Below, piece after piece: positions 23,680 to 36,625 of a stretch of DNA of 64,000 nt. Made by a program: the position numbers and the translations under genes. Numbering within the stretch: the first letter of the stretch is position 1; each line of letters starts with the position of its first letter. The notes beneath the pieces were generated by a model. That model saw only the letters and a program-made list of their open reading frames with translations, ran no database searches and had not been told where the DNA came from. The stretch comes from Octopus vulgaris (lineage: Eukaryota), in assembly GCA_951406725.2 (NCBI GenBank), contig OX597814.1, positions 20,584,001 to 20,648,000 of the forward strand, read 5' to 3'.

Positions 23680-23744
23680 AAACAATTATAATGCGAGAAG
23701 GAGATACTCCACAGGTATCTAAACCTTCAATTCCATTATAATCT

Positions 23745-24775
23745 AATACAGTTCTATATTTAAGAGATGAGGAATTATGTAAATTGTTTACATTTGACGG
23801 ATATCTGTCCTCATCTTGTTTGTTGTTAACACAATGTTTTGGCTGATATACCCTCCAGCCTTTATCAGGTGTCTTGGGGAAATTTCGAACCTGGGTTCTC
23901 ATTCTTAAGGTATTTTTCGATGTTATCATCATCATCATTATTATTGTTATTATTATTATTATTATTATTAATCTTGGATAGTATGAAGAAAAGAGAGGAT
24001 GAAACCAATAAACTGTCCACAGTCTGTCTACCCTATGTGAAAGGCCTCTCTGAAAAGATACAGAAGATATGCGGCCCATATGACTTCAGGACAGTATTCA
24101 AGAATAATACAACACTTTGCAAATATCTTCTTCGGATAAAACCACCAATAGAAGAGAATATGACCAAAATCTGACCCGTACTCCATCCCATGCAGCTGTG
24201 GTAGATTATACAAAGGCGAAACATGCCGTCCACTAAAAATAATGGTAGACGAACATCGCAAAGCTGTGACATGAGGAGGTATTGATAAATCAGGTATAGC
24301 TGATCATGTATGGAAAAATGGAGACCACCTTCCCCTGTGGGATGAAGTTAAAATAATAGACAGAGAGCACCATTGGAAAATACGAAAACTAAAAGAAGCA
24401 GCACATATGCTAGGACACAACAACCTCCTAAGCAGACCGAGTGCAGATATGAATAGCATATGGGAACCGGTATTAAGGAAGGATAGGAAAATATTAGAAT
24501 TATAAGCACTAAAATTCACTCCATAATTGCCCAAAGGTATATGGCATAGTGGTTAAGAGCATGGGCTACTAACCCTAAGATTCCGAGTTTGACTCCAGGC
24601 AGTGACTTGAACAGTGGCAGTGGTGATGACGACAAAAAATACCTTAGGAATGAGAACCCAGGTTTGAAATTTCCCCAAGACACCTGATGAAGGCTGGAGG
24701 GTATATCAGCCGAAACATTGTGTTAACAACAAACAAGATGAGGACAAATATCCGTCAAATGTAAATAATGTACAG
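23745..24775 (+). mobile_element. Penelope-like element 3' fragment: GIY-YIG endonuclease remnant between inverted pLTRs
   Basis: LPYVKGLSEKI.../YSIPCSCGRLYKGETCRPLKIMVDEH...SGIADHVW...RKLKEAAHM, with a frameshift and a stop. 23780-23918 is inverted relative to 24635-24772. Confidence 0.88.
24679..24724 (+). ncRNA. Minimal hammerhead ribozyme motif in the pLTR
   Basis: GACAC-CUGAUGA-A-GGCUG(gaggguauau)CAGCC-GAAACAUU-GUGUU. Stem III ACAU is probably decayed from ACGU. Confidence 0.65.
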
Positions 24776-24825
24776 ACAAAAAAACAGTTGGAGTGTTATA
24801 TTGAGTAAGAATAACAATTATAATT

Positions 24826-26130
24826 CATCATCATCATTATTTAACATCTGTTGTCCATGCTAGCATGGGTCAGACAGTTTGATCTGAGCTGGCAAACTGG
24901 AGAACTGCACCAAGCTCCAGTCTGATTTGGCATGGTTTTTATGGCTGGATACCCTTTTTAACACCAACTACTATACTGAACATGCTAGGTGCTTTTACAT
25001 GGCACTGGTACAGGACTCTTGCAGGCCAATTGTCTTCACCAGGAGGAACAGCCTTAACACTTCTGCTGTGGAGGACAGTGCCAGGCATCTCTGTCATTTC
25101 ATCTGAAAGGTTGAGCATCCTGAGGTCATCCTTCAGCACTTCATCCTATGTATTCTTGTGTCTCCCACTTCTACATGTTCCATCTCCTTTGAGAGATCAG
25201 CACTTCTCTATGGAGCTGTCAATATCCATCTGCATCACATGACCATACCAGTGCACTCCTCTCTTGAACACAGCATCTAATTCTTCTTATACCTAACTTC
25301 TCTCTCAAAACACTAGCACACTATTGAACAAATACACTTATATTACACATATGGCGGACCACACTAGCCTCGTTCCTCTCTAGCCTTTGCATGTCCTCTG
25401 CATTCAGGCCCCACGTCTCACTACCATGTAGAATTGCTGTATAATTCTAATATGAATAAAAGATATAATAATACACCCCAAAGAAAATAGGCTTTTGTAC
25501 TAGCAATACTTAACTTTTAGACAGCTACCTTTTACCTTACTGATAGCACCCTAGTACATTCTACCTTACTTAGAGGTAGTTGTTATTGCTACCTAGGTGA
25601 TCTAATTAACTGAGGGAGAGTTGCTAGGATAAGAATAGGATGAAAAAAGTTAAGAGATATTATCACTGTTGGCAAAAAAAAAGTCTATATCTCTCTGAAT
25701 GGAAGACAGATTGTATGATGTCTGTGTATGTACAGCAGTGCCACATGGTAGTGAAATGTGGGATATGAATGCAAAGACATGTGAAGACAAGAAAGAAATG
25801 AAGCTAACATTTTTTGCTAGATGTGCAACATCAGTATACATGCAAGACAAAGTGCAAATGTATTGAGAGAAAAATTTGGCATAAGAGGTGTCAGAAAATC
25901 AAGCATAAGAGGTATCAGAAAATTGAGCAAGAAAGAAGAATGTGCTGGTATGATCATGAGATGCATATGGATGAGGACAGCTGCATAAAGAAGTGGATGG
26001 AATCTGTGGAAAAGCGAGACCTAGGAAGACATGAGAAAATGGTGAAGAACCACATCTGGATGTTGAATTTAACAGAGGATATGACAAAGGATTGATATGA
26101 CTGGCAATTTGCTACACTTGAGAAAACCCA
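24826..26130. mobile_element. Cluster of decayed RTE fragments in both orientations
   Basis: HGSE.W and EDSCIKK-type remnants plus tail sequence. Confidence 0.65.
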
Positions 26131-26155
26131 TCTGTCTAAGTAAAGATGAGGCCCT

Positions 26156-26563
26156 TGTAACGTGAAAGGATCTATTATCGAAGCACTGGAAGGGTGTCAA
26201 CATCCGATCTAGTCACATATAAAAATTCTAGAAAAACAATACAGACGAACTCAGGTTAAAAGGGTGAACAGACAGTAGTTTGGTTTATTGTTTTCAGTGT
26301 AGTACGTTGTCTGGTGGGAGAAAGACAGCCTCTGATATACTGCTCCGTGTTGGTCGTTGAAGTTGGTTGCTGGTCGTGTGGCTGTCAGAGCCCGGAATTC
26401 ATGACCGATCGCAATGCTGTCTTAGCCGAAGAGAGAGATTTGAGGTTCGCGGGCTCGAGGGACGTTTTCCCGCACATGCGCATGGGGAAGACTTCCGGTG
26501 GCCACCCGGAAGTAGTCCCATTCTGCGCATGCGCGCCGAACCCTACACAGTAGCATCACTACA
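26156..26563 (-). mobile_element. Solo LTR (Gypsy-like), 408 bp
   Basis: TGTAA...CTACA termini and 4-bp TSD CCCT (26152-26155, 26564-26567). AATAAA on the minus strand at about 26289-26284. Confidence 0.85.
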
Positions 26564-26694
26564 CCCTAAAGACATGTTAAGTCTATATCCCTGCATGCAC
26601 ACATGTTTTAATGCGTTTACAAATATTCTTCCTTAGTTTTTAAAGAAAAATGTAAAAGTTTATGTTAACATTTAAAATAAGACAAATTAGTTAC

Positions 26695-26822
26695 CAGGTT
26701 AATACAGAATCTCTGTATGGGATGAAGACCTTTTTCTTCTTGCTTGCGTTAGAAGATACCTCAGAAAGTAAACAAATAACTTTACCAAGTGTCATCAATG
26801 ATTTGTTGATATTAATACCTTC
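26695..26822 (-). CDS. KIF14: KIF14 exon 8
   Basis: tgcag|...TG|gtaact. Encodes [21 protein letters not shown]...[15 protein letters not shown](W). Confidence 0.96.
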
Positions 26823-26904
26823 CTGCAATAAAAACAAAAATATTTATTAAAAAATCATGTTTTAGGTATTAAAATTTAAATATATAATATATATATATAA
26901 TATA

Positions 26905-27400
26905 TAATGAAATTATTGTATACAGTGCTCAGGTGCACCACAACTTGTCAAAAGTGCGTATAAAGTATATGCAGTAATGTACAAATGTCTGGAAAGCGAA
27001 CAATGTATGAGTCAGATACATGCTTGTGTGTTTAAAGAGGGGGGAAAATCAGGTGTAGTGTTGGCGAATCTCAGGAAGCATGGAAGTTTTGAAAGATGCA
27101 GTGCTCCGACAATTAACAACTGATGCCGGCAGTCTGTTCCATGCTTCAGCAACTCTTAGCGTGAAAAAATGTTTCCGAAAGTCATGGGAGCTGTGCTGTT
27201 TTCTGACTTTGTAAACATGTCCACGGGTGTTAGACAGGTGGAGTTTGAAAAGGTGCTCAGAGTTATTGATTGTAAGATGGTTAATAATTTTATGGGTGTA
27301 TGCCAAGTCAGCTGCCAGACGTCGGAGTTTCAATGTGTCCATGCCCAGGGAAGCAAGGCGTTCAGAATATGGCAAATGCCTGATGGAGGGTATTCTCTTG
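26905..27400 (-). mobile_element. CR1/L2-group LINE 3' end
   Basis: ORF 27049..27375 (PYSERL...TRGH.YKV..FFTLRVAEAWNRLP) plus 3' UTR. Confidence 0.9.
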
Positions 27401-27639
27401 AGTAGAAATGTAGAAATGGTACCAGGTGCAATTTACTCATTGCATTAATTTCTTATAGAAATCATATGTAGACATAAATTTAACAAAACAAGTTTAAATT
27501 GTAATAACAAAGAGCAATTTGACAAATATGTACAAATAACCCATGCTAGCATGGAAAGCGGACGTTAAACGATGATGATGATGATATATCACGAAATTCC
27601 TCTGTCGCAAGGAAAAAGGTTTTAATAATTAATAGCTCC

Positions 27640-28603
27640 TGCTACCTAGGCAACCCAGTTTGTAATGGGAGTAGTTGCTCTGAGAGTGTAGCAGCAACTA
27701 AGGGCCTCTTGCTCAGGATGAAAGGTAGACCGTATGATACATATGTGCAAACTGCCATGCTACACGGCAGTGAAACATGGGCCATGACTGCTGAGGACAT
27801 GTGTAGGCTTGAAAGAAATGAAACTAGTATGATCTGCTGGATGTGTAATGTCAGTGTGCATATACGACAGAGTATAAGTGCCTGGAGAGAAAAGTTGGGT
27901 ATAAACATCAAATGTGGTGTGCAAGAGAGACGACTGTGCTGGCATGGTCACGTGTTATGTATGGATGAGGACAGTTGTGTGAGGAAGTGTTACTCCTTAA
28001 CTGTGGAAGGAACCTGTGGAAGAGATAGACCCAGGAAGACATGGGATGCGGTGGTGAAGCATGACATCCAAACAGTGGGCCTCACAGAGGCAATGACAGG
28101 AGACTGAGACCTTTGGAGATATGCTGTGATTGAGAAGACCCAGCAATTAAAGTGAGATCGCAGTCACACGTCTGGCCTAGTTAAGAGTACCCCTGATGCG
28201 TCATGCGATATGGTATGCTTGAGAAGACCTGCTGAGTAAAGTAAAACCAATATCGTAGCTGTGGCCAGTTCCCCCTAACTGGCTCCCGTGCCAGTGGCAA
28301 GTAAAAAGCACCAACTGAAAGTGACCGATGCCAGTACCCCCTAACTAGCCCCCATGCCAGTGGCACATAAAAAGCACTATCCAAATGCGATTGATGCTAG
28401 GCCTGCCTGACTGGCTCCTGTGCTGGTGGAACATAAAAAGCACCCACTACACTCTCAGAGTGGTTGGCATTAGGAAGGGAATCCAGCAGTAGAAACATCG
28501 CCAGATCAGATTGGAGCCTGATGCAGCCTTCTGGCTCTCCAGACCTCAGTCAAACCGCCCAACTCATGCTAGCATGGAAAACGGATGTTAAACAAAGATG
28601 ATG
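27640..28603 (+). mobile_element. RTE-clade LINE, 5'-truncated (RT C-terminus + 3' UTR)
   Basis: ORF 27709..28107 (KGR.YD..V.TAMLHGSETW...RRL.WHGHV...GR.RPRKTW), then tandem units and tail. Confidence 0.9.
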
Positions 28604-29781
28604 AATTGTAAATGTTATAGTTACATTTTTGTATTTGTTTTACAAGATTCCTGATGTAAAATTGTGTTGAAACAGATATTGTTATATTTTGGGATAATCA
28701 TTCTCTCTCTCTCTCTCTTTTTTTTTTTTTGGCCAAATAAATACATGCACTATATATTTGTTCTACTAAAACAAAAACAATAATAAAGGTGAAGTGAAGA
28801 ATGAATATATGGTGCATGTGTTTATTTAACAAAAAAAAAATGACCATCTCAAAATATAAAAATAAATGTCATCATCGTTTAACGTCTGCTTTCCATGCTG
28901 GCATGGGTTGGACGATTTGACAAGAGTTGGTAAGCTAGAGGACTGCACCAGACTTCTGCATCTGTTTTGGTATGGCTTTTTTTCAGTTGGATGCTCTTCC
29001 TAGCACCAACCAGCTGTAAAACCAGACACAGAAGTTTGGTGCAGGCTCCTGCCTGGCCAGCTCCTATCAAACTGTCCAATCCATATTCCTGACTATTAAA
29101 ATATATTCAATCTGCTACAAATTTTATATTATGAACACATTATACAGTTAGACTTTGTTTCAGTCAAAAAAACAGTTTCAGAGGTTAAACCACTTGTTCT
29201 CTTACTTTCAGTCCAAATCTTCTTATGGCTTATTTTATTCAAAATGATTGGGTTTAGGTTATAAACTTAAGACAGTATTAATTAAGAAAGCAAAATTTTC
29301 AGCAAAATCATTTGATTAATAATGGGAAAATGATACTTATAACTCGTTTTTGGATTTGGTTTGCAAGATTCTTTATATGAGTTCGTGTGTTGAAGCAAAA
29401 CTATTGAGAGTCAAAACTATTGAAAAGGTTGCAAGACGCAACGAAAATTTTAGGACAATAAAAATAAGAAAAAAGTGGAAATTTTACAGGTGAGTGTGTT
29501 AAATAATAAGGCACAAAAAGAAAATGACTCTCCCCAGACACAACAGAAGATACTTATAACATTTTTGAAAATATATAGCCCAACTCAATGCAATAATAAT
29601 TAATAAAATGTATCTGATTGGAAATCACAATCTCAACAGGAATGTGTGAAGCAGATGTTGGAAATCAAAACATACACACAGAAATAATAAGCATTAATTT
29701 TTAATACTCATTTTAAATATTATTAATAAGTTTAGCTTTTTGATAAAATATCTAAAAAAGTGAATTGTGTAATTTACTTAC

Positions 29782-29898
29782 ACGGAGTCTCTCCCCAGAA
29801 GACTGTGATGTCGATTGCCTTTCACTGCCAGCCAAATCAATCAAGTTTATTCTACTTGAAATGGAATGTTCATGCTTCTCACCATTTAAATCTTCAAA
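29782..29898 (-). CDS. KIF14: KIF14 exon 7 (switch II)
   Basis: tgtag|...CGT|gtaagt. Encodes FEDLNGEKHEHSISSRINLIDLAGSERQSTSQSSGERLR. Confidence 0.96.
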
Positions 29899-30391
29899 CT
29901 ACAATCCAAATTTGACAAAATGTGTAGGGAAAAAATGGAGAAAATAAACAAAATAATAAAAAAGGTTATGAGAGTGATATAAAAAAATATTCACATGATG
30001 ATAATGATGATGATGAAGAAATGTAAACAGCAAATTTTAAGGCAAGATGATGACTTAGTGAAGATTCAGTCCAATCTTATTTTCCTAATATGTTTGGCAA
30101 CCTAGTGGTGTAATATGGTGTGTGAACAGCAGAGGGAAGTCACTTTGAGGTGGGGGAGGAGAAATTGCTATAGTTTCAAATATGTTTCATTTAAGGAGAG
30201 TGACAACCAATCTGGTTACTACACAGAGCAACCAAAACATAATGCTATGCCACTGCAGCAGTCAGACAAGAAAGAGACATGGGATTGGGGCTGGGAAGAA
30301 GGAAATTATTCTTCAATCAAAGACCTGGCTTGAATTTTTGCAACAGAGTGGATTCCATTAAAAGCTCTCAAGATGATGGTATTAAAGTGAT

Positions 30392-30624
30392 AAGGCGGCG
30401 AGCTGGCAGAAACGTTAGCATGCCGGGCAAAATGCCTACTGGTATTTCGTCTGCCGTTACGTTCTGAGTTCAAATTCCGCCGAGGTCAACTTTGCCTTTC
30501 ATCCTTTCGGGGTTGATTAAATAAGTACCAGTTACGCACTGGGGTCGATATAATCGACTTAATCCGTTTGTCTGTCCTTGTTTGTCCCTTCTGTGTTTAG
30601 CCCCTTGTGGGTAGTAAAGAAATA
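30392..30624 (+). mobile_element. Full-length tRNA-derived SINE family A with TSD
   Basis: A box TGGCAGAAACG, B box GAGTTCAAATTCC, core GCCTTTCATCCTTTCGGGG (resembles the MetaSINE domain, from memory). 14-bp TSD GGTATTAAAGTGAT. Confidence 0.88.
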
Positions 30625-31143
30625 GGTATTAAAGTGATCAACTGATAATATCCCTTCAATGGGTTTCCCCACATTTTCTGTCTCCGAAATTTTACTTGCT
30701 AGGCTTTAGTCAACCAAATGCTAAAGTAGAAAACCCTTACCCAGAATGCTACTTAATGGGATCACCTCTATAATTAACAACTTCAAAACAATAGCAAATT
30801 AGCACTGAAGATAATGATAAACTAATTTTTCAGTTAGGATTAATTAGATATTAATGAGGTATTCATCCTAACCTATATCATATCTGATACTGAGTTCATG
30901 GACAAATAATTCATGTTAAACTGGATGCTTCTATATGATTTGTTTGATAAGGAATGATTAGTGGTCATTCAATTAAGTAGAAAATAAAACTGTAAAGCCA
31001 ACAGATGATATCTGCAGCAACAAGTAAGCCAATGGTTGTAGGGAAAATCATTTGTAAAATATAAAAGAAAAATAATCATTGAATTTATAAATACAAGTTA
31101 AACTTCAATATTTGCAAGAAAATGCAGAATATCTATATATTAC

Positions 31144-31251
31144 CTTTGTTTGGGTAAGAACCATTGTAAATATAGAATGTGATCGACTACTTTTATCATT
31201 CATTCCAGTGGAAGCTGTAGCACGATTTTTGCTGCCAAGGACAATCCATGT
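31144..31251 (-). CDS. KIF14: KIF14 exon 6 (switch I)
   Basis: tttag|...AAG|gtaata. Encodes TWIVLGSKNRATASTGMNDKSSRSHSIFTMVLTQTK. Confidence 0.96.
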
Positions 31252-32339
31252 CTAAAATATATGGAAAACCAGGTAGAGTAGATATTTAATAGCTGATATA
31301 TAACAACCAGATATTTAAATGACTGTTACATTAATTACATCATCATTCATCACCAATGTTTTCTTTCATACCAGCATTTTCTGAAAGAGCACATTCCTTT
31401 TCACTTTGTTAGATTCATTATCTCGTTCTTAGCTCTCCAAAATTATAACAAAATTAGAACCAAATCCTTCATTTCATGATTCTCTACCAATTTACTATAA
31501 AGTAGTAATACAAAAATGTTTCTTGAAAATAAAACTTTTTTAAGTTTCAAAATTTCTCTAATCCTTTCAGCTAATATATATAAAAGGAAATTTAACTTTT
31601 GTGTCCTCATAAGGAATGTTCACAACTTGAAAATATCACACTAGTAAGGAATTAATTATGAAATATGTCAATCACAAATTTTGTTGACTCAGAAGACAAT
31701 GCCTATATTTTATGTTTTTAATATTCTAAGATATAATTCAAGTTTATTACTGAAAAACATTCCATTAATGTGTGACACATTATCCATTCATTTTGTAATT
31801 GTATCTCTTCTTTCCTCTCCTTTTCAGATTACAACAATTTCACTTTTCTTCATAAGATATGTGGCCCTTCAAACCCACTCCCAACAAGATTATGTAATTC
31901 AGTTAACTGGACTAAAATAATATATATATCATACATGTATATGAATTCTTATATCATCCCCATATATGAATCTTAATATCACCATTATGAAAGAAATTTA
32001 ATGCACTGCAATAAACTATAAGCCTTTTTGCTTTGGGTACCATTTACAGAATAATGTAAAATTCCACTGACTGTAAAGACACCAATATATCACTAATGCA
32101 AACAATGGTTGTACAAATCTAGGCTAGTATATCATGAATGGAAAATGATGTGAGTGGATTATCAATCCTTTTGCTAGTTTGAAGGCTGAATCAATTCAAT
32201 ATTTGCAAAGCAGTGTTTATTTATAATATATTGAAATATTCTACTTTCTGTGTTGTAGAACAATTAAAACAACATACTTTACCAAGGAAAAAAAAAATGT
32301 TATTCCATTAGCTAATATGCTTAATCTGTCTTGCCTCCT

Positions 32340-32860
32340 CAATGCTCTGTAGTCTCAGTTCATATCAATGCTTTCTTCTTCTTCCCAAGGAAATACAGGT
32401 GCATTTTTATTTTTACTTGGTCTGGAGAAGGGAGCTGTGCCCATGGCCATTGCAGGCCCTCTAAGACTGGCAAGATCAATGTGGAGAAAAAAGGAAAGGT
32501 GGGAATACCAGGGATGTGACATTCTCTAGAGAAATAGCTAAGTGTAGTGGTTAGCATGGAGACTGGAAGCAGGTGACGAAAGGAGGATAGACAAGGGAGT
32601 TGAAAATGCTTTAGTGGAGTAGAAGCCACAGTTGCAGCAATAAAAAAAGCAAAGAGAGATGGCATGTCTGTAATCCAAAAGTTGGAGCATATCAATGAAT
32701 AACTTTCTGTCAATTAGTCAGATGGCCTTTGTTTGGATGTTATCTAAGATATCTGAACATGTTGCAGTGCTGTTTCAGATGTGGGACCAGAACATGCTTT
32801 CCCACCCAACTTGATCCACCAACTGCTGCATAGATGATCATCCACAGAGCCTAATTCTTG
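32340..32860 (-). mobile_element. Old LINE 3' remnant (CR1/Jockey group)
   Basis: Degenerate similarity to post-RT C-terminal motifs, judged by eye only. Confidence 0.35.
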
Positions 32861-32894
32861 AACAAAAATGTAGAAAACTAAATTACTGGCTTAC

Positions 32895-32978
32895 CTGAAT
32901 ATCTTCAAAGGAATTAACTACAAATGTAGAAAGTCCTTCAATATAAGGGCCCAAAACAGGATGTTCACGAACTTTTAA
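32895..32978 (-). CDS. KIF14: KIF14 exon 5
   Basis: ttcag|...CAG|gtaagc. Encodes [28 protein letters not shown] (kinesin-3 REHP motif). Confidence 0.95.
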
Positions 32979-34019
32979 CTGAAATCAAAAAATTGTAAAC
33001 ATTATTAACATTTTTTTTTTTAAAAGCTAATCAAAATAAGAGCAGCATTGTCTATGACCATAGCAAGACTTCTGAGACTGATGTGGTTGATGTTTAGCAT
33101 GTATATCTGTAGGTCAATATTTAAAGATAAAAAAATGGACAGGTAGGAAATTCAAGAGGATTGCAGTTCTGAGGAGGAAGTATTAAGCTGAGTGTTAGTG
33201 CAGGGTCTGTAAGGTGAAATACAGCAAAAAGTGAAAGGTGGGTCAATTGAAATGACAAATAGATAGTTCAGAGGGATAGAGATAGATGTAACAATAGAAG
33301 AGAAAGGGAGAAGAAACATATTAGTGAAGTAGTGACTGAAACAGTAATGACTCATTAACAGTTAATTAAAAGGATTGTGTGTTCATGTATGCACACATGC
33401 ATGCAAGTAGCAGTATGGTTCCATAGATGATAGGACTTTCTTGTAGGTCTTAGTCGAATTTTGTATGGAGTCAATCAGGGATGAAGTTTAAAGGGAGGAG
33501 TATAAAGAACAAATGAACATAGATGAATAGTGGAAAAGATTTTGAACTGGAGTAACAGGACGTTATTGTTGATATTCAGGTGATACAGAGAGAGATGAAT
33601 AATAAGGAGAATGAATTCTACATATATGCAAACACCGTCTTTCATGGAAAATTTAAAGAGTATGGCTTAGACAGAAGAGATGGATTGTGTCTCAGAGAAG
33701 AATTATATCCATTATTTGCATGTTAGCAGATGGTGACTTCACATCAATCTAAAACCTACATACATTTGCATAGCAGAAAGAGAATTATCAAGTGGATTAT
33801 CATCTTATTTGGTTTCTTGTGGTTTATAGTAGTAAGAGAGAATGAGCGACAGTAATGGTTAACCATTACTTCAATCAAGAAAAATGTCTAGTTCTATACA
33901 AATCAGGAGAGTGAACCTGGATAATTATTTAACTGCACACTGCTGCACCTATTATCCTGTTTATCATCATTTCTTAAATAGTTAGTAGACTTAGTAAGAT
34001 TGATGTCTACTGTTGTTAT

Positions 34020-34800
34020 TAAGGCAGTGAGCTGGCAGAATCATTATCATGCTGGACAAAATGCTTAGTGGCATTTCTTCCAGCTCCTTACATTCTGAGT
34101 TCAAATTCTGCCAAGGGTGAGTTTGCTTTCCATCCTGTCAGTGTCAATAAAACAAGTATCAGTCAAGCATTAGAGTCAATGTAATTGACTTGCTGTCCTC
34201 CCATCACCACCCCTCAAAATTTCAGGCCTTGTATCTATTGTAGAAAGGATTATTACTATTAAGAGAACCATCTGAACGTGGCCATAGCCAGCGCTGCCCT
34301 GACTGGCCTCCGTGCCGGTGGCACGTAAAAAGCACCATCCGATCGTGACCGTTGCCAGCTTCGTCTGTTCTCCGTGCCAGTGGCACGTAAAAAGCACCAT
34401 CCGATCATGGCTGTTTGCCAGCTTCGACTGGCACGTAAAAAGCACCCACTACACTCACGGAGTGGTTGGCGTTAGGAAGGGCATCCAGCTGTAGTAACAC
34501 TGCCAGATCAGACTGGGCCTGGTGCAGCCTTCTGGCTTCCCAGACCCCAGTTGAACCGTCCAACCCATGCCAGCATGGAAAGCAGACGTTAAACGATGAT
34601 GATGATGATGATTATTATTTTTATTAAGATAGCAAGCTGACAGAATTGTTTCTGTGCTGGGCAAAATGCTTAGCAGCATTTCTTCTGACTAATTACATTC
34701 TGAGTTCAAATATGGCTGAGATCAACTTTGCCTTTCATCCTTTCAAGGTTGATAAAATAAGTACCAGTTGAGCACTGGAATGGAAGCAATTGACTGACCC
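34020..34800 (+). mobile_element. SINE A - RTE tail - SINE A cluster
   Basis: Two SINE A heads (34020, 34630) flank an RTE 3' UTR at 34262-34612. Confidence 0.75.
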
Positions 34801-34819
34801 CCATTTCTAAAAAATAAAA

Positions 34820-36420
34820 GTGGCACCAGGGTGCGTTTATGTGCCAATTGCATAACACCGGTATCTGCCAAGACTGTGATTTTGCTCAGCTTGATGGGTC
34901 TTCTCAAGCATAACATAATGCCAAAGGTCTTGGTCATTGCCTCCGTAAGGCCCAACACTCGAAAAGAACTCAGCCACTTTGCTCTGTGAGGTCCAACACC
35001 TGAGCGAAACTTAGCCACCTTCCTTCTGTGAGGCCCAATGTTCAAAAGATGTTCTTTGTGTGCCACCAGCATGGGTGCACTTGGCTTGAAGGGTCCTCTT
35101 AAGCACAGCACAGTGCCAAAGGTCTCAGTCACCAGTCATTGCCTCTGTGAGGCTCAAAATTTGAAGATCATATTTCACCACCTCATCCCATGTTTTCCTG
35201 GGTCTACCTCGACCACAGGTCCCCTCCACAGTTAGAGATCCGCACTTCTTTACACAGCTGTCCTCATCCATACACATGACTATACCAGTGCAGTCGTCTC
35301 TCCTGCACACCACATCTGATTCCTCTTATGTCTAACTTTTCTCTCAAGATGCTTACACTGTCATTGCACATCCAGCAAAGCATACTGGCTTCATTTCTTT
35401 CAAGCCTACGCATGTCCTCAACTGTCATAGCCCATGTTTTACTGCCATGCGGCATAGGTGTTTGCAAATAGGCATCAAACAATCTGCCTTTCACTTTAAG
35501 ACTGAGGCTCTTTGTTACCAGCAGAGGTAGGAGCTCTCTGAACTTTGCCCAGCTTAATCTTATTCTCACAGCTATGTCTTGCAGCATCCACCTCCACTAC
35601 TAACTTGGTCACCAAGGTAACGGAAGCTATCTACTACCTCTAGCTTGCCCCCACTGGCAGTTCATGGAGTCTATTTTCTGTGCATTTTCAGCATTTATTG
35701 TACCTGTGCACCTTCCATATACAAAAGTTAGTTTCTTTGTTAACCTTCCTCTAATGTTGCTGCACCTTTTATGCGTCCAAAGCTTATATAATGGGTGCAT
35801 CTTATGGAGTTTCTACCTACGCCTTTTCTATAGATTGAGCAGGGCTATCTACCTAAAGGGATTTGTGATTCGTCTGCCTTCCTACTTACTATGACTTTGG
35901 TTTTTGCTAGGTTAACTCTAAGGTCATTTGATTCCAGACCTTGCTTCCATACCTGGAACTTCTCTAGTTCAGGTAGTGATTCAGCTATAAGAGCAAGGTC
36001 ATCAGCATAGAGGAGCTTCAAAGGAAAGCCTGTCTTGAATTCCTCTGTTATTACCTGGAGGACTATGATGAACAAGAGGAGGCTGAGCACCAATCCTTGG
36101 TGAACCCTTAATTGTACCCTGAATTCTTCATTGTACTCATTGTTCACCCTCACCTTACTGGTAGTGTCCTTGTACAAGGCTTATATGGCTCTCACCAACC
36201 ACTTGTCTATCTCTAGTTTCCGCAGATAAGGGATCGGGGGACTGTCAAAAACTTTCTCCAAGTCAACAGAAGCCAAGTACAGTATTTCTCCTGCAGTTGC
36301 CTTACCAGAAATATAGCATCAGTGGTGCTTCTACCTGGCAAAAACAACAAACTGCATCTCATCTAGACTAATTCTCTCCCTAATTAGCTGTGCTATGACT
36401 CTCTCTGCAACTTTTATGCT
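34820..36420 (-). mobile_element. RTE-clade LINE RT fragment, frameshifted
   Basis: ORFs 35845..36177 (VHQG.VLS.LLF...LLYADDLAL), 35264..35587 and 35125..35313. Confidence 0.92.
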
Positions 36421-36526
36421 GGGCTCTCCAAACCTTAAGTCTCCACATAATTTAATTAAACACAACATAATCATGTTAAAGAATTCAAAGAAAATCAAAG
36501 TAAAATGTTGTGCTTTCTAAACTTAC

Positions 36527-36625
36527 AGAGATTTTTTTGTCTGCTTTGTCTTTCTTTGATGATAAAAGGTCATGTATCTTTTCATTATAGATTTCAAAGA
36601 AACTGATCTCCAGATTAGTTTTCAC
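36527..36625 (-). CDS. KIF14: KIF14 exon 4
   Basis: ccag|...|gtaagt. Encodes VKTNLEISFFEIYNEKIHDLLSSKKDKADKKIS. Confidence 0.95.

Noticed and set aside
30394-30480. tRNA gene
   Set aside because: The A and B boxes belong to a SINE head with TSDs, and there is no intact cloverleaf.
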